Source: a virus (Duplodnaviria; Heunggongvirae; Uroviricota; Caudoviricetes). From it: a stretch of 64,000 bases of DNA. This document shows positions 37,328 through 45,833 of this stretch, one piece after another. The stretch lies in the IMG/VR virus record IMGVR_UViG_3300037466_000352. One strand, given 5' to 3'. The translations under genes were made by a program, and so were the position numbers. Position 1 is the first letter of the stretch, and each line of letters starts with the position of its first letter. Below the pieces are notes generated by a model. That model was not told where the DNA came from, searched no databases, and saw only the letters and a program-made list of their open reading frames with translations.

Positions 37328-38402
37328 TGTGGTGGTGTATCGCGGTCGGTTCCAAGGTTTCCATAACGCGCACCTTCAAACGATCCTCATGGGACTGAAG
37401 CTGGCGAAGAAAGTCATCATTGTGATTGGTAGTGCGAACGAACCGCGCACCTACTATCGCAATCCGTTCTTTGAGAACGAACGAATCGAGATGATTCGTG
37501 GCGCACTCGAAGAGCACTTCCGTCATGAAGACGTTTCGTTCGTATCTGTCGAAGATCACCCCGACGACGAACATTGGGCGTTCATGGTTCGCAAGGCAGT
37601 TCACGATCACATTCGACATGTATTGGATATCAAAGACCCATACGTGGCGCAGATCGGTTACAAGAAGGACGAGAATTGCGTACGCGATGTTTCACTCTTT
37701 CCGACGTGGGAATACGTCAATACGCCTCAATTCGAACCGCTCGACGCGACACAAGTCCGCGACATCTTCTTCAGCAAGCGTCCGTTGGGATTCCTTCGTG
37801 GCGTGTGTCCTGAATCTGTCATCCAATACCTGAAGGGTTTCCGCACAACGGAAGACTTCGCGAACATGATGGCTGAAAAGGAATACTGCGACAAATACAA
37901 GAAGCAGTTCGAACATCTCGAATATGCTCCCACGTTTGTCACTGGCGACAATATCGCATTCCAAGACGATACGGTGTTGCTGGTCAAGCGCAAGAACTTT
38001 CCCGGTAAGGGTCTGTGGGCGTGGCCTGCTGGCTTCTTCAATGCCGCTGATCGGGTGTCGAAAAGTGGTGAAATCGTGAAGGCCGACAAGTCTGTTTTCG
38101 ATTGCGCAGTTCGCGAACTCAGTGAAGAGACTAATGCCGGTGTCACGAAGGAACAGCTTCAAGAAGCACTGGTCGGCGAACAAATATTTGACGCAGAAGG
38201 CCGCGATCCGCGTGGACGAATCGTCACACATGCGTTCGTCTATAACTTCGACGACCAAGAAGTGTTCGCAGTCGAAGCCGCCGACGACGCGGAAGAAGTT
38301 CGACGCTTCCATATCTCGGAAGTGAATCGCCGCATGATGTACGCCGATCACTACAACATGTTCCTGCTGGCGCTCGATGCGTACTGCGACTCCAAGTTTT
38401 AA
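37305..38402 (+). CDS. nadM: Bifunctional NMN adenylyltransferase / Nudix ADP-ribose pyrophosphatase (NadM-Nudix)
   Basis: N-terminal GRFQGFHNAH (HxGH). C-terminal Nudix box REL-EETNAG. Confidence 0.85.
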   Translation: MKMSKQYDVVVYRGRFQGFHNAHLQTILMGLKLAKKVIIVIGSANEPRTYYRNPFFENERIEMIRGALEEHFRHEDVSFVSVEDHPDDEHWAFMVRKAVHDHIRHVLDIKDPYVAQIGYKKDENCVRDVSLFPTWEYVNTPQFEPLDATQVRDIFFSKRPLGFLRGVCPESVIQYLKGFRTTEDFANMMAEKEYCDKYKKQFEHLEYAPTFVTGDNIAFQDDTVLLVKRKNFPGKGLWAWPAGFFNAADRVSKSGEIVKADKSVFDCAVRELSEETNAGVTKEQLQEALVGEQIFDAEGRDPRGRIVTHAFVYNFDDQEVFAVEAADDAEEVRRFHISEVNRRMMYADHYNMFLLALDAYCDSKF

Positions 38403-38414
38403 GCCAACCACTAC

Positions 38415-39785
38415 ATGATGAACAACATAAACATCAACATTGCACTAGAACAAAACTTCATCCTCGAATCTGACTCGTACAAGTTCAGCCACATTCCCGA
38501 AATCTACCCCGAAGGCGCTGAAGCCCTGCACTCGTATCTGTCGGCCCGCGTGAAGGGTCAACGTGTGGTCCAGTTCGGCCTTCAGATGTGGATCAAGAAG
38601 AAGCTGTTGGCCCCGATCACCCGCGAGATGGTGGACGAAGCTGAAGACTTCATCAACAAGCACATCGGCCCGAACGCGTTCAACCGTCCTTTCTGGGAAC
38701 ACATCCTGAAGAAGTATGGCGGGTTCATTCCGCTGACTATCCGTGGTCTTCCCGAAGGCACGGTCACGAACAGCTACGACACGCTGATTACGGTCGAATG
38801 CGATGACCCGGTGGTGTTTCCGCTGGCGCAACACATCGAAGCTTCGCTGCAATCGGACATGTGGTACAGCACGACCATTGCGACCAACGACCTCGAAAAC
38901 TATGAAGTCGCCAAATCGCACTTCGACCTGTATTCGGACCAACCGTTCCTTCTGCCGTTCATGCTTCACGACTTCGGCGCACGTGGTGTGACCTGTGAAG
39001 AACAACGCCAGATTGGCGGTGCTGCGCACTTGCTGTTCTTCCAAGGTTCGGACACGATCAGCGGCATCCGTGCAGCGAATCTGTTCTATGGTTGCGAAAT
39101 GGCCGCGTATTCGGTTCGTGCCACGGAACATAGCATCCAGTGCGCCTACGGCCCGGAAGCCCAAGAAGCGTACATCTCGCGCGTTCTGACCGCACATGCG
39201 AAACCGGGCAACATCGTGTCGCTGGTGCTGGACGGATACAACGTCTGGCGCGAGTCAGAATTGCTGTGTACGAAGTTCAAGCAACAGATCATCGACAGTG
39301 GTGCGAAGATCGTATTCCGACCTGACTCGGGTGACATGTTCGAAGTGATTCCGCGTCTGCTGGAAATGCAAGCTAACGCGTTCGGCTTCACGGTCAACTC
39401 GAAGGGCAAGAAGGTCATCAACAACGTCGGCGTGATCCAAGGGGACGGTATCGATAAGACGACCTTCATGCTGCTGATGCAAAAGGTCGTGGCCCTCGGC
39501 TATGCCCCAGAATGCGTCGTGATGGGTTCCGGTGGCGGTCTTTTGCAGAAGTGCAACCGCGATACCCTGAAGTTCGCACAGAAGGCCGCAGCGGTCAAGA
39601 TCAACGGTCAGTGGGTTTCGATCTTCAAAGACCCGATCACCGATCCGGGTAAGAAGTCGAAGACCGGCATCCAAGATGATCCGCGATTCATCACGTTCTA
39701 CAACGTCGATGATGGTCTGCTGGTGGACGAATCGTTCGACGTGATCCGCGAACGTGCGTTGGCTGGCGCAGTGATCCGCAAATAA
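38415..39785 (+). CDS. nadV: Nicotinamide phosphoribosyltransferase (NAMPT/NadV)
   Basis: 456 aa. N-terminal DSYKFSH. Typical NAMPT length and motifs. Confidence 0.9.
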   Translation: MMNNININIALEQNFILESDSYKFSHIPEIYPEGAEALHSYLSARVKGQRVVQFGLQMWIKKKLLAPITREMVDEAEDFINKHIGPNAFNRPFWEHILKKYGGFIPLTIRGLPEGTVTNSYDTLITVECDDPVVFPLAQHIEASLQSDMWYSTTIATNDLENYEVAKSHFDLYSDQPFLLPFMLHDFGARGVTCEEQRQIGGAAHLLFFQGSDTISGIRAANLFYGCEMAAYSVRATEHSIQCAYGPEAQEAYISRVLTAHAKPGNIVSLVLDGYNVWRESELLCTKFKQQIIDSGAKIVFRPDSGDMFEVIPRLLEMQANAFGFTVNSKGKKVINNVGVIQGDGIDKTTFMLLMQKVVALGYAPECVVMGSGGGLLQKCNRDTLKFAQKAAAVKINGQWVSIFKDPITDPGKKSKTGIQDDPRFITFYNVDDGLLVDESFDVIRERALAGAVIRK

Positions 39786-39840
39786 ACCCAAGATTGGGTT
39801 GACGTAGCAAGAACCGACAGGTATGATAGTTGCCTGTCGG
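39785..39840 (+). promoter_or_regulatory. Hairpin AACCCAAGATTGGGTT plus promoter TTGACG-N17-TATGAT with inverted repeat CCGACAGG/CCTGTCGG around the -10
   Basis: TTGACG 39799-39804. The -10 TATGAT (39822-39827) sits in the loop of the 8-bp inverted repeat. Confidence 0.5.
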
Positions 39841-39887
39841 TCACTAGGACCGAAGTTCATGATCCACCATATTCGAGTTTCCGATAC

Positions 39888-40241
39888 ATGAAGAATCAGC
39901 TTACACAAGAAGGCATCCAAGAAGCGCGGCGCATCATATCGGAAATCCTTTCCGCATACGAAAACCGCACTAACGAATCTGAGTTTGTCTGCATCAACCT
40001 GATGAACTACGATATGGGTGTACCACTTAGCGGACTCACGTATCAGACGTGCTGGACGATCCGACAGCGGATTCGTCAGTACATCCGGCAGTTTGGTTGC
40101 GTCGAAGAACTTCTGGCAGCGGATATGAAGGGCGTCCAGTCGGCAGACGACCTTGAATGGGACGACCACGATGTTGATCCCGAAGATGCACATTCGTTCC
40201 GAATCGTCATGTTGAAAGATTTTCTGAAGGAACTCGAATAA
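39888..40241 (+). CDS. Hypothetical protein
   Basis: 117 aa ORF. Confidence 0.5.
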   Translation: MKNQLTQEGIQEARRIISEILSAYENRTNESEFVCINLMNYDMGVPLSGLTYQTCWTIRQRIRQYIRQFGCVEELLAADMKGVQSADDLEWDDHDVDPEDAHSFRIVMLKDFLKELE

Positions 40242-40245
40242 GCAG

Positions 40246-40274
40246 TTGACACGAATTCCCAAGATCGGTATAAT
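40246..40274 (+). promoter_or_regulatory. Conserved promoter TTGACA-N17-TATAAT with an ATTCCCA box
   Basis: TTGACACGAATTCCCAAGATCGGTATAAT. Confidence 0.65.
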
Positions 40275-40309
40275 TCTATTGATCGGTTGGACATCACTAG
40301 GAGCGAAAC

Positions 40310-40555
40310 ATGACCAAGTTTGCTGAATGGTTCAAGACCTTCAACGAAGAAAAGGGTATCGACCCGGAAACGGCCATCGAAGTCGAGGGTCCGAGTGGCA
40401 CGAACTTCATGACGCTTCAGAACGTGTTTGACGCAATCTTGTCCACGTCCGAAGCCGAACAGGGCGCGATCAAGGCGATGATCGTTAAGATCGACTTCCG
40501 CAATGGCGACGTGGTTGACTACTACAAGCATCTGGCAAAGGCCATCGCACAATAA
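40310..40555 (+). CDS. Hypothetical protein
   Basis: 81 aa. RBS aggag. Confidence 0.5.
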   Translation: MTKFAEWFKTFNEEKGIDPETAIEVEGPSGTNFMTLQNVFDAILSTSEAEQGAIKAMIVKIDFRNGDVVDYYKHLAKAIAQ

Positions 40556-40666
40556 AGAAGGCAGCGGGTACAACCAGTGAAGTCTGGTCGGGTATGCCGT
40601 GAACAGGGCTACCCGCTACACCCATCATTAACTCAAACCTGAAGTAGAAACTAGAGGAAGTAGAGA

Positions 40667-41728
40667 ATGAAAAAGTGGCTTATTGGTTTCCTGATGGCCT
40701 TCGTCTGGTCCATCGCATTTGCATTGCCCTCGCCTCACCAGATCGAAGACGCTATTGCATCGCAGCACTACAGCGATGCCCGCTCGATGGTTCAACAAGT
40801 CCTCGAAGAAAAGCCGGATTCGGCACGGGCGCACCTGTTGGACGCGTTCATCCTGATCCACGTCGATCACAACAAACAGGCCGCATCGCAAGAACTCGAT
40901 AACGCCCGTCGTCTCGATCAACGTGGCGATGTGAAGAACAGTCCGCTATTTGGCCGCACTGCCGCCGAAATCGACATGACCAAGGTCACGCGACAACCCA
41001 GCTATTCGGCACAGCCAACACCACAAGTTCAGCAGAATGTCGATATCGCGACCGTTCCACAAGAGCCGAAGCATGAAGGTCATCCGTTCCTGATCTTCTT
41101 TATCTTCCTGTTGGTATTCGGCGTCATCGGGTACACGATCTACCGGTATCTGAAGCGTCATCGACAAGTAGTCGAAACGCGTCTGGTGCATACGCCCTAC
41201 ACGGACAGCATCATGCACACGCCGTATGTCGCCCCAAATCGTCTGGTCCAGAACCCGCAAGATGCAGTCACAAAGCACTATGTGGATGCGTCACGTTCGG
41301 GCCTCTCGGTTCAGCAAGCCCCAGTCGTGCATCCGTCGTCGCCAGTCATCATCAACAATAGTGGCGGTGGTTACGGGTACGGTCGTGGTGATGGATTCGT
41401 CGAAGGCATGTTGATCGGTGAGATGATCGAAAACAATCGCGAGACACGCCGCGAACTCGCCGAAGATCGATACGAACGTCGCAACAGCTACAGTTCATCG
41501 AGCTACGATTCGTCACCTTCCTCGTCGGAACCGGTAACGTCGTACGCAAGTGATCGTCAGTCGTTCTCGTCCGGTTCGGATGATAGCTGGTCGAGCCGAA
41601 GCAGTTCGTCGGATTACTCGTCGTCTTCCAGTTCTTCATCGTCGTGGGATTCTGGTTCGTCGTCCTCGTCATGGGACTCGGGCAGTAGTTCGTTCGACAG
41701 CGGATCGTCGTCGGGTAGCGACTGGTAA
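40667..41728 (+). CDS. Membrane protein with N-terminal signal/TM, a central TM helix and an extreme Ser/Asp-rich C-terminal tail
   Basis: 353 aa. TM FLIFFIFLLVFGVIGYTIY. Final 80 aa are more than 50% Ser. Confidence 0.55.
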   Translation: MKKWLIGFLMAFVWSIAFALPSPHQIEDAIASQHYSDARSMVQQVLEEKPDSARAHLLDAFILIHVDHNKQAASQELDNARRLDQRGDVKNSPLFGRTAAEIDMTKVTRQPSYSAQPTPQVQQNVDIATVPQEPKHEGHPFLIFFIFLLVFGVIGYTIYRYLKRHRQVVETRLVHTPYTDSIMHTPYVAPNRLVQNPQDAVTKHYVDASRSGLSVQQAPVVHPSSPVIINNSGGGYGYGRGDGFVEGMLIGEMIENNRETRRELAEDRYERRNSYSSSSYDSSPSSSEPVTSYASDRQSFSSGSDDSWSSRSSSSDYSSSSSSSSSWDSGSSSSSWDSGSSSFDSGSSSGSDW

Positions 41729-41739
41729 ATTCGTACCAG

Positions 41740-41792
41740 ATTCCCAAAGTTGTAAAGCAAGTTGTTGACGTAAATCTGACATCGTTGTATAA
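41740..41792 (+). promoter_or_regulatory. TTCCCAAAGTTGT box followed by promoter TTGACG-N17-TATAAT
   Basis: GATTCCCAAAGTTGTAAAGC...TTGACGTAAATCTGACATCGTTGTATAAT. Confidence 0.55.
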
Positions 41793-41849
41793 TGTTTCAT
41801 AGTTGTACAGCGTTGTCAGTGCAGTAGCTAACACTTCTCGGAGAACATC

Positions 41850-42098
41850 ATGCAATTTCGGTGTAATGACGTTCAAGGCGTCATCGAATACGACTATTCC
41901 TACGGGGCTGGGTGGTCGGAGAAGGTCAAGAACTACTACAACAAAGATGAAATCATCGACGTAGATTTCGATGTGGTCATCGAGAGCTACTTCACGGTTG
42001 ACTTCCTCAACGGGAAGTTCATTCCGGTCGATCAAGAAGCCCAAGATTGGGCGAAAACGCTCCAAGAGTTCATGCAGACGGAAGAGGCTATCGCGTAA
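41850..42098 (+). CDS. Hypothetical protein
   Basis: 82 aa ORF. Confidence 0.5.
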   Translation: MQFRCNDVQGVIEYDYSYGAGWSEKVKNYYNKDEIIDVDFDVVIESYFTVDFLNGKFIPVDQEAQDWAKTLQEFMQTEEAIA

Positions 42099-42153
42099 TC
42101 CCGGTGTGGTTCAGTTGTACAAACGACCCTAAAATTCTCACCGAGACTAAGCA

Positions 42154-42408
42154 ATGATCCTGAACGACTATACCAACGATGAACTTATCGCAGAACTCAA
42201 GGACCGGGGTTTTGTGATCCAAACGAAAGAAGTAGCAGACGAAGTAGAAGATTGTGTCGATTCCGGTATCGCACTTTGCAACCTGATCGACGCGATGAAG
42301 ACCGCAATCGTTCAAGGCAATATCCGGCTTCAACAAAAGATCGTCAGTGCGATGATTTTCGCTGCGACCGGAGACGAGTTCCAGTTCGAAGAACAGGTTG
42401 CGGCATAA
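42154..42408 (+). CDS. Hypothetical protein
   Basis: 84 aa ORF. Confidence 0.5.
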   Translation: MILNDYTNDELIAELKDRGFVIQTKEVADEVEDCVDSGIALCNLIDAMKTAIVQGNIRLQQKIVSAMIFAATGDEFQFEEQVAA

Positions 42409-42739
42409 TTCCTCAACCCGCAGTTTAGAAGCAATGTCAAGCGCAATCCTTACTACACCTGAAGCAAAGCGCCGGATCAACGGCGCATTCCGTGACATCT
42501 CGGACGTTCTCATTAAGATCGAGGCCGGTCGAGATACGATTAAGCAAATCATCGCGGACTTCAGCGAAGAGTTTCAGATCGACAAAAAGCAGTTTCGCAA
42601 GATGGCAATGACCTACCACAAGGGCAACTTCGGCGAAGCAACGAAGCAAAACGAAGAGTTCGAAATCATGTACGAAACGCTCACGGGCGAACGTGCTGGT
42701 GATCCGGGCGATTCAAACAACGGTGAAGACGACGAATGA
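42398..42739 (+). CDS. Hypothetical protein
   Basis: 113 aa. The start may be the internal ATG at about 42434. Confidence 0.45.
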   Translation: MRHNSSTRSLEAMSSAILTTPEAKRRINGAFRDISDVLIKIEAGRDTIKQIIADFSEEFQIDKKQFRKMAMTYHKGNFGEATKQNEEFEIMYETLTGERAGDPGDSNNGEDDE

Positions 42740-42885
42740 AAGTCGAAACAAGTTTTGGCCTCGGTTCAGTAATCGCAGTCGTGATGTCGTGGTCGTGGAA
42801 CCATAGCGTAGCATGGGCCATTCTCCACGCCTTCTTTGGTTGGTTTTACGTGCTGTATGCACTCTTTGCGCATCACATCTTGTAA
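42736..42885 (+). CDS. Small membrane peptide (49 aa), not in the track
   Basis: ATGA overlap with the upstream stop. Hydrophobic, Trp-rich. TAATG overlap with the next gene. Confidence 0.3.
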   Translation: MKVETSFGLGSVIAVVMSWSWNHSVAWAILHAFFGWFYVLYALFAHHIL

Positions 42886-43115
42886 TGAATCGAGAAGAAG
42901 CAACCAAAGCAATTGCGGCCCTCACGGCGGCTGCATACGAGAAGCTTAAAGAGGCAGCAGACCTCGCAGAAGAGCATCAAATCCGTTTTTATTTCGAACC
43001 CGAATACGGGATGGGTGGGACCTATATTCCTGCCTCGGAATACAATGACAACTATCATCCATTTCGCGATGACACAACGCGCGGTGGTTGGTATCCGTCA
43101 TCACAGAGTTGTTAA
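42885..43115 (+). CDS. GW-SSxC tail family paralogue 1 (small helical protein ending ...GGWYPSSQSC)
   Basis: The track ORF 42813 is trimmed to ATG 42885. Shares an N-terminal helical segment and the C-terminal motif with four neighbours. Confidence 0.5.
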   Translation: MNREEATKAIAALTAAAYEKLKEAADLAEEHQIRFYFEPEYGMGGTYIPASEYNDNYHPFRDDTTRGGWYPSSQSC

Positions 43116-43144
43116 GCATTAACCCGCAATCGAGTACTATCTGA

Positions 43145-43513
43145 ATGACGACGAACGGAACTGGCATCACCCGTGAAGAAGCCGAAACCATTTTCAACAT
43201 GGTGAAGCTTTCGAAAGAACACAATGACGGAACAATCGCTGTATTGAAGAAGCTTCAGACTGCGTATCCAGATTTGCTTCACGGTACAGATTTTCCAAGG
43301 CTGATTAGAGAGTATGACGCGCGAATTCGCGTCAACAAGCAAGAAGCCAAGAAGAAGATTGACGCTCTTCTCGAAGAAGCGAAGAAAGCCGTACAAGAAG
43401 CGACTAAGATTGCGAGTGCATCAAAGGTCAGCTTCGAACTTTATGTTGGTGATCCCGACATTAGTCAGTATTACGATGCAGATTACGGTGGTTGGAACTC
43501 GTCCAACTGCTGA
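43145..43513 (+). CDS. GW-SSxC tail family paralogue 2 (...YGGWNSSNC)
   Basis: 122 aa. Helical KKIDALLEEAKKAVQEATKI, then VSFELYVGD...GGWNSSNC. Confidence 0.5.
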   Translation: MTTNGTGITREEAETIFNMVKLSKEHNDGTIAVLKKLQTAYPDLLHGTDFPRLIREYDARIRVNKQEAKKKIDALLEEAKKAVQEATKIASASKVSFELYVGDPDISQYYDADYGGWNSSNC

Positions 43514-43545
43514 ACCCTCAACACGAAGAAGACAAGTAGACAAAC

Positions 43546-43767
43546 ATGACGCAAATCACACAAGAAGAACACAAATCGGCCCTGGCCCGCATCTCGGAAC
43601 AACTCGATGTTGCCCGCGCTGCACTGAAGGCCGCTGAAGCCATCTCCATCGAAACTGGTGTCGGCTTTAGCTTCGAAATCGGCGATGGCTACGGGTATTT
43701 CGAGACGTACGAGTACGACGGCAAGAACGTTGGTTATTGGGACGGTTGGCAAGGATCGTCCTGCTAA
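43546..43767 (+). CDS. GW-SSxC tail family paralogue 3 (...WDGWQGSSC)
   Basis: 73 aa. FSFEIGDGYGYFETYEYDG...GWQGSSC. Confidence 0.5.
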   Translation: MTQITQEEHKSALARISEQLDVARAALKAAEAISIETGVGFSFEIGDGYGYFETYEYDGKNVGYWDGWQGSSC

Positions 43768-43768
43768 G

Positions 43769-44098
43769 ATGGACAAGCAATTCCTGAAGGACCGTCAACT
43801 GGCGGTCAAGACAATCGCGGGTCTGCAAGACAAGATCAAGAGCGCGATTGCAGACATCGAAGAACTGGCTGACAAGTACGGCATTCGCGTCGAAATCGAC
43901 GGCCTTCCGCAAACCGGTTACAACGGTGACGCATGGTACGTGCCGCATCCGCCCGAACAGATGCGCGAAGGTACGGAAGACGAGAACTTCGATCCGGCTG
44001 GAACCGATTGGATGTGGGAGCAATCGGCAACGGAACACATCTACGACCCATACGATGATGGTCCGTTCGGCTGGAAGAACAGTTCTTCAAGCTGCTGA
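43769..44098 (+). CDS. GW-SSxC tail family paralogue 4 (...GPFGWKNSSSSC)
   Basis: The track ORF 43658 is trimmed to ATG 43769 (MDKQFLKD...). Confidence 0.5.
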   Translation: MDKQFLKDRQLAVKTIAGLQDKIKSAIADIEELADKYGIRVEIDGLPQTGYNGDAWYVPHPPEQMREGTEDENFDPAGTDWMWEQSATEHIYDPYDDGPFGWKNSSSSC

Positions 44099-44289
44099 TG
44101 AAAATTAATCTGTCACCTGAACAGATGGAACTGATTCGGAGATGTTCACCGGCATCAATTGCGCAAGAACTGGTTGATGTTCAGCCAATGGACCCGAATC
44201 TGTTCCGCGAACTTCGCGACGATCCACTTGCTAACGCATTGGCAAATAGGTTTGTCGATAGTGCAAAAGGCAACACCAACCCTGAGTAA
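44098..44289 (+). CDS. Hypothetical protein
   Basis: 63 aa ORF within the paralogue block. Confidence 0.45.
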   Translation: MKINLSPEQMELIRRCSPASIAQELVDVQPMDPNLFRELRDDPLANALANRFVDSAKGNTNPE

Positions 44290-44296
44290 TAATTAA

Positions 44297-45223
44297 ATGA
44301 TCGTAATCGGAAGCGAAGCAATTAGGAAGCACGGCGTTCTCGTTGAGCGTCGAAAGCTTGACATCGACGTGGTTGGTGAATACGACGAAATTGTTGAATT
44401 TGCCAAGCAGTGCGGAAACATCAAGGCTTGCTATCCCATCGACGATGGCAAGAAGTTGGTCGTCAAGACGGACAGAATCATCGTCGAAGGCGAAATCACT
44501 TGGGAAGATTCGAACGCGGCACAACTGCGTGATCTTATCCTGAATGATCCGTACACAACCTACGAGAAGCGCCCCAACGGATTCGTGATCCCATCACTTA
44601 ATCTGTTGTACATGCTGAAGATGTCGCATCGCTATCTTCGCAACAGTCCGCATTTTCTCAAGACGATGCGCGACATCCAAATGCTTCGGGCACGTGGCGC
44701 GAAGATCGAAAAGTCACACGAAGAGTTCTATCAAGAGCGCATGCGTGTGACTTACGATTACGGTCATCCGAAACTCGATCAGTCGAAGAAGGACTTCTTC
44801 AGCGACGACGGTATCAAGTACGTGTACGATCACGACTCGATTCACGAAGCGATGAAACATCTTGAAAAGCCCGCGTACAACTACTACAAGCCCGACGAGA
44901 ACGAAGTGTTCTGTTCGAAGGACCTGTTCTTCGCTGCGCCCGAGATGGTTCGCCTTCTCGGTGGTCTTGAAGAATCCTACGTGTTGGCGCTGGAACGGTC
45001 GCAAATTCCATTCATCGGTCGGTGGACGCCGCGTAGGTCCTTCGAATTTGCACTGATGAAGGTCTGCACGTCGATCACGTCGGGCTGGTTCCGCGAGTAC
45101 TGCTGGGAAAACTACGACAAGATTCTTGACCTCTATGACGATGGCTACGTTGACCGATTCTGGCGCGCAGTCGAAGCCGGTGAAGTCAAGCATTTCGACG
45201 TTCAACAACGAGTTTATGGCTAA
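44297..45223 (+). CDS. Pol-beta-superfamily nucleotidyltransferase-fold protein (308 aa)
   Basis: N-terminal VIGSEAIRKHGVLVERRKLDIDVV (GS-x12-DID). Confidence 0.55.
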   Translation: MIVIGSEAIRKHGVLVERRKLDIDVVGEYDEIVEFAKQCGNIKACYPIDDGKKLVVKTDRIIVEGEITWEDSNAAQLRDLILNDPYTTYEKRPNGFVIPSLNLLYMLKMSHRYLRNSPHFLKTMRDIQMLRARGAKIEKSHEEFYQERMRVTYDYGHPKLDQSKKDFFSDDGIKYVYDHDSIHEAMKHLEKPAYNYYKPDENEVFCSKDLFFAAPEMVRLLGGLEESYVLALERSQIPFIGRWTPRRSFEFALMKVCTSITSGWFREYCWENYDKILDLYDDGYVDRFWRAVEAGEVKHFDVQQRVYG

Positions 45224-45505
45224 ATGAACCATCGCGAAAAAGAAGAAGCCGTCAAGATCATCGATTCCAAGCTTCAGGAAGCCTGGAAACTGGTTCAGGA
45301 CTGCGTGAAGCTGGCTGACCATAGTGGTTGCTGCTTCACTCTTCCGTGGGGCGGTGAAGGTGAACATACGCGCGGCATGGGTGCATCGTATGTGCCGGTC
45401 AAAGCAACGCAGACCGACAAACAGTGCTTCATGAATGACCGATGTGGCTATAACGACTACAGCGATGATTACTGTGGTTGGCAACCTTCTGCCGGAACAT
45501 GTTGA
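45224..45505 (+). CDS. GW-SSxC tail family paralogue 5 (...DYCGWQPSAGTC)
   Basis: 93 aa. Helical N-terminus, FTLPWGGEGE...YVP...CGWQPSAGTC. Confidence 0.5.
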   Translation: MNHREKEEAVKIIDSKLQEAWKLVQDCVKLADHSGCCFTLPWGGEGEHTRGMGASYVPVKATQTDKQCFMNDRCGYNDYSDDYCGWQPSAGTC

Positions 45506-45511
45506 CGTGAT

Positions 45512-45832
45512 ATGAAGACAAATAAAGAAGCGAATGTGGTGACGGGTCCACCATCTTTTTACGAAGATTATGGTCTGGTCCGAGACAAATACACGACACA
45601 TCTATCTCTGAAATGCGCTGCGTGTGGTCATGAAAATACGCATCAAAGCAACGTAATCGACACCGAAGACGGAATTCGACTCCCATACACATGTGAAGCA
45701 TGTGATGCTGTCTCTTTTCTCGACATCGTTCAACATAAGGGATGGACAGAACTTTCGGTTGGCGTATTGCCAAATGCAAAGAGAATTGATGGTAGACTTG
45801 ATTGGCTGTACGCGCAAGCAACGAAGAAGTAA
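45512..45832 (+). CDS. Zinc-ribbon protein
   Basis: 106 aa. CAACGH...CEAC. Confidence 0.5.
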   Translation: MKTNKEANVVTGPPSFYEDYGLVRDKYTTHLSLKCAACGHENTHQSNVIDTEDGIRLPYTCEACDAVSFLDIVQHKGWTELSVGVLPNAKRIDGRLDWLYAQATKK

Positions 45833-45833
45833 G

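Noticed and set aside
41500-41720. AGC/TCG-rich DNA repeats resembling a simple-sequence repeat or CRISPR-like periodicity
   Set aside because: They are the coding sequence of the poly-Ser tail of 40667..41728. There is no regular repeat-spacer structure.
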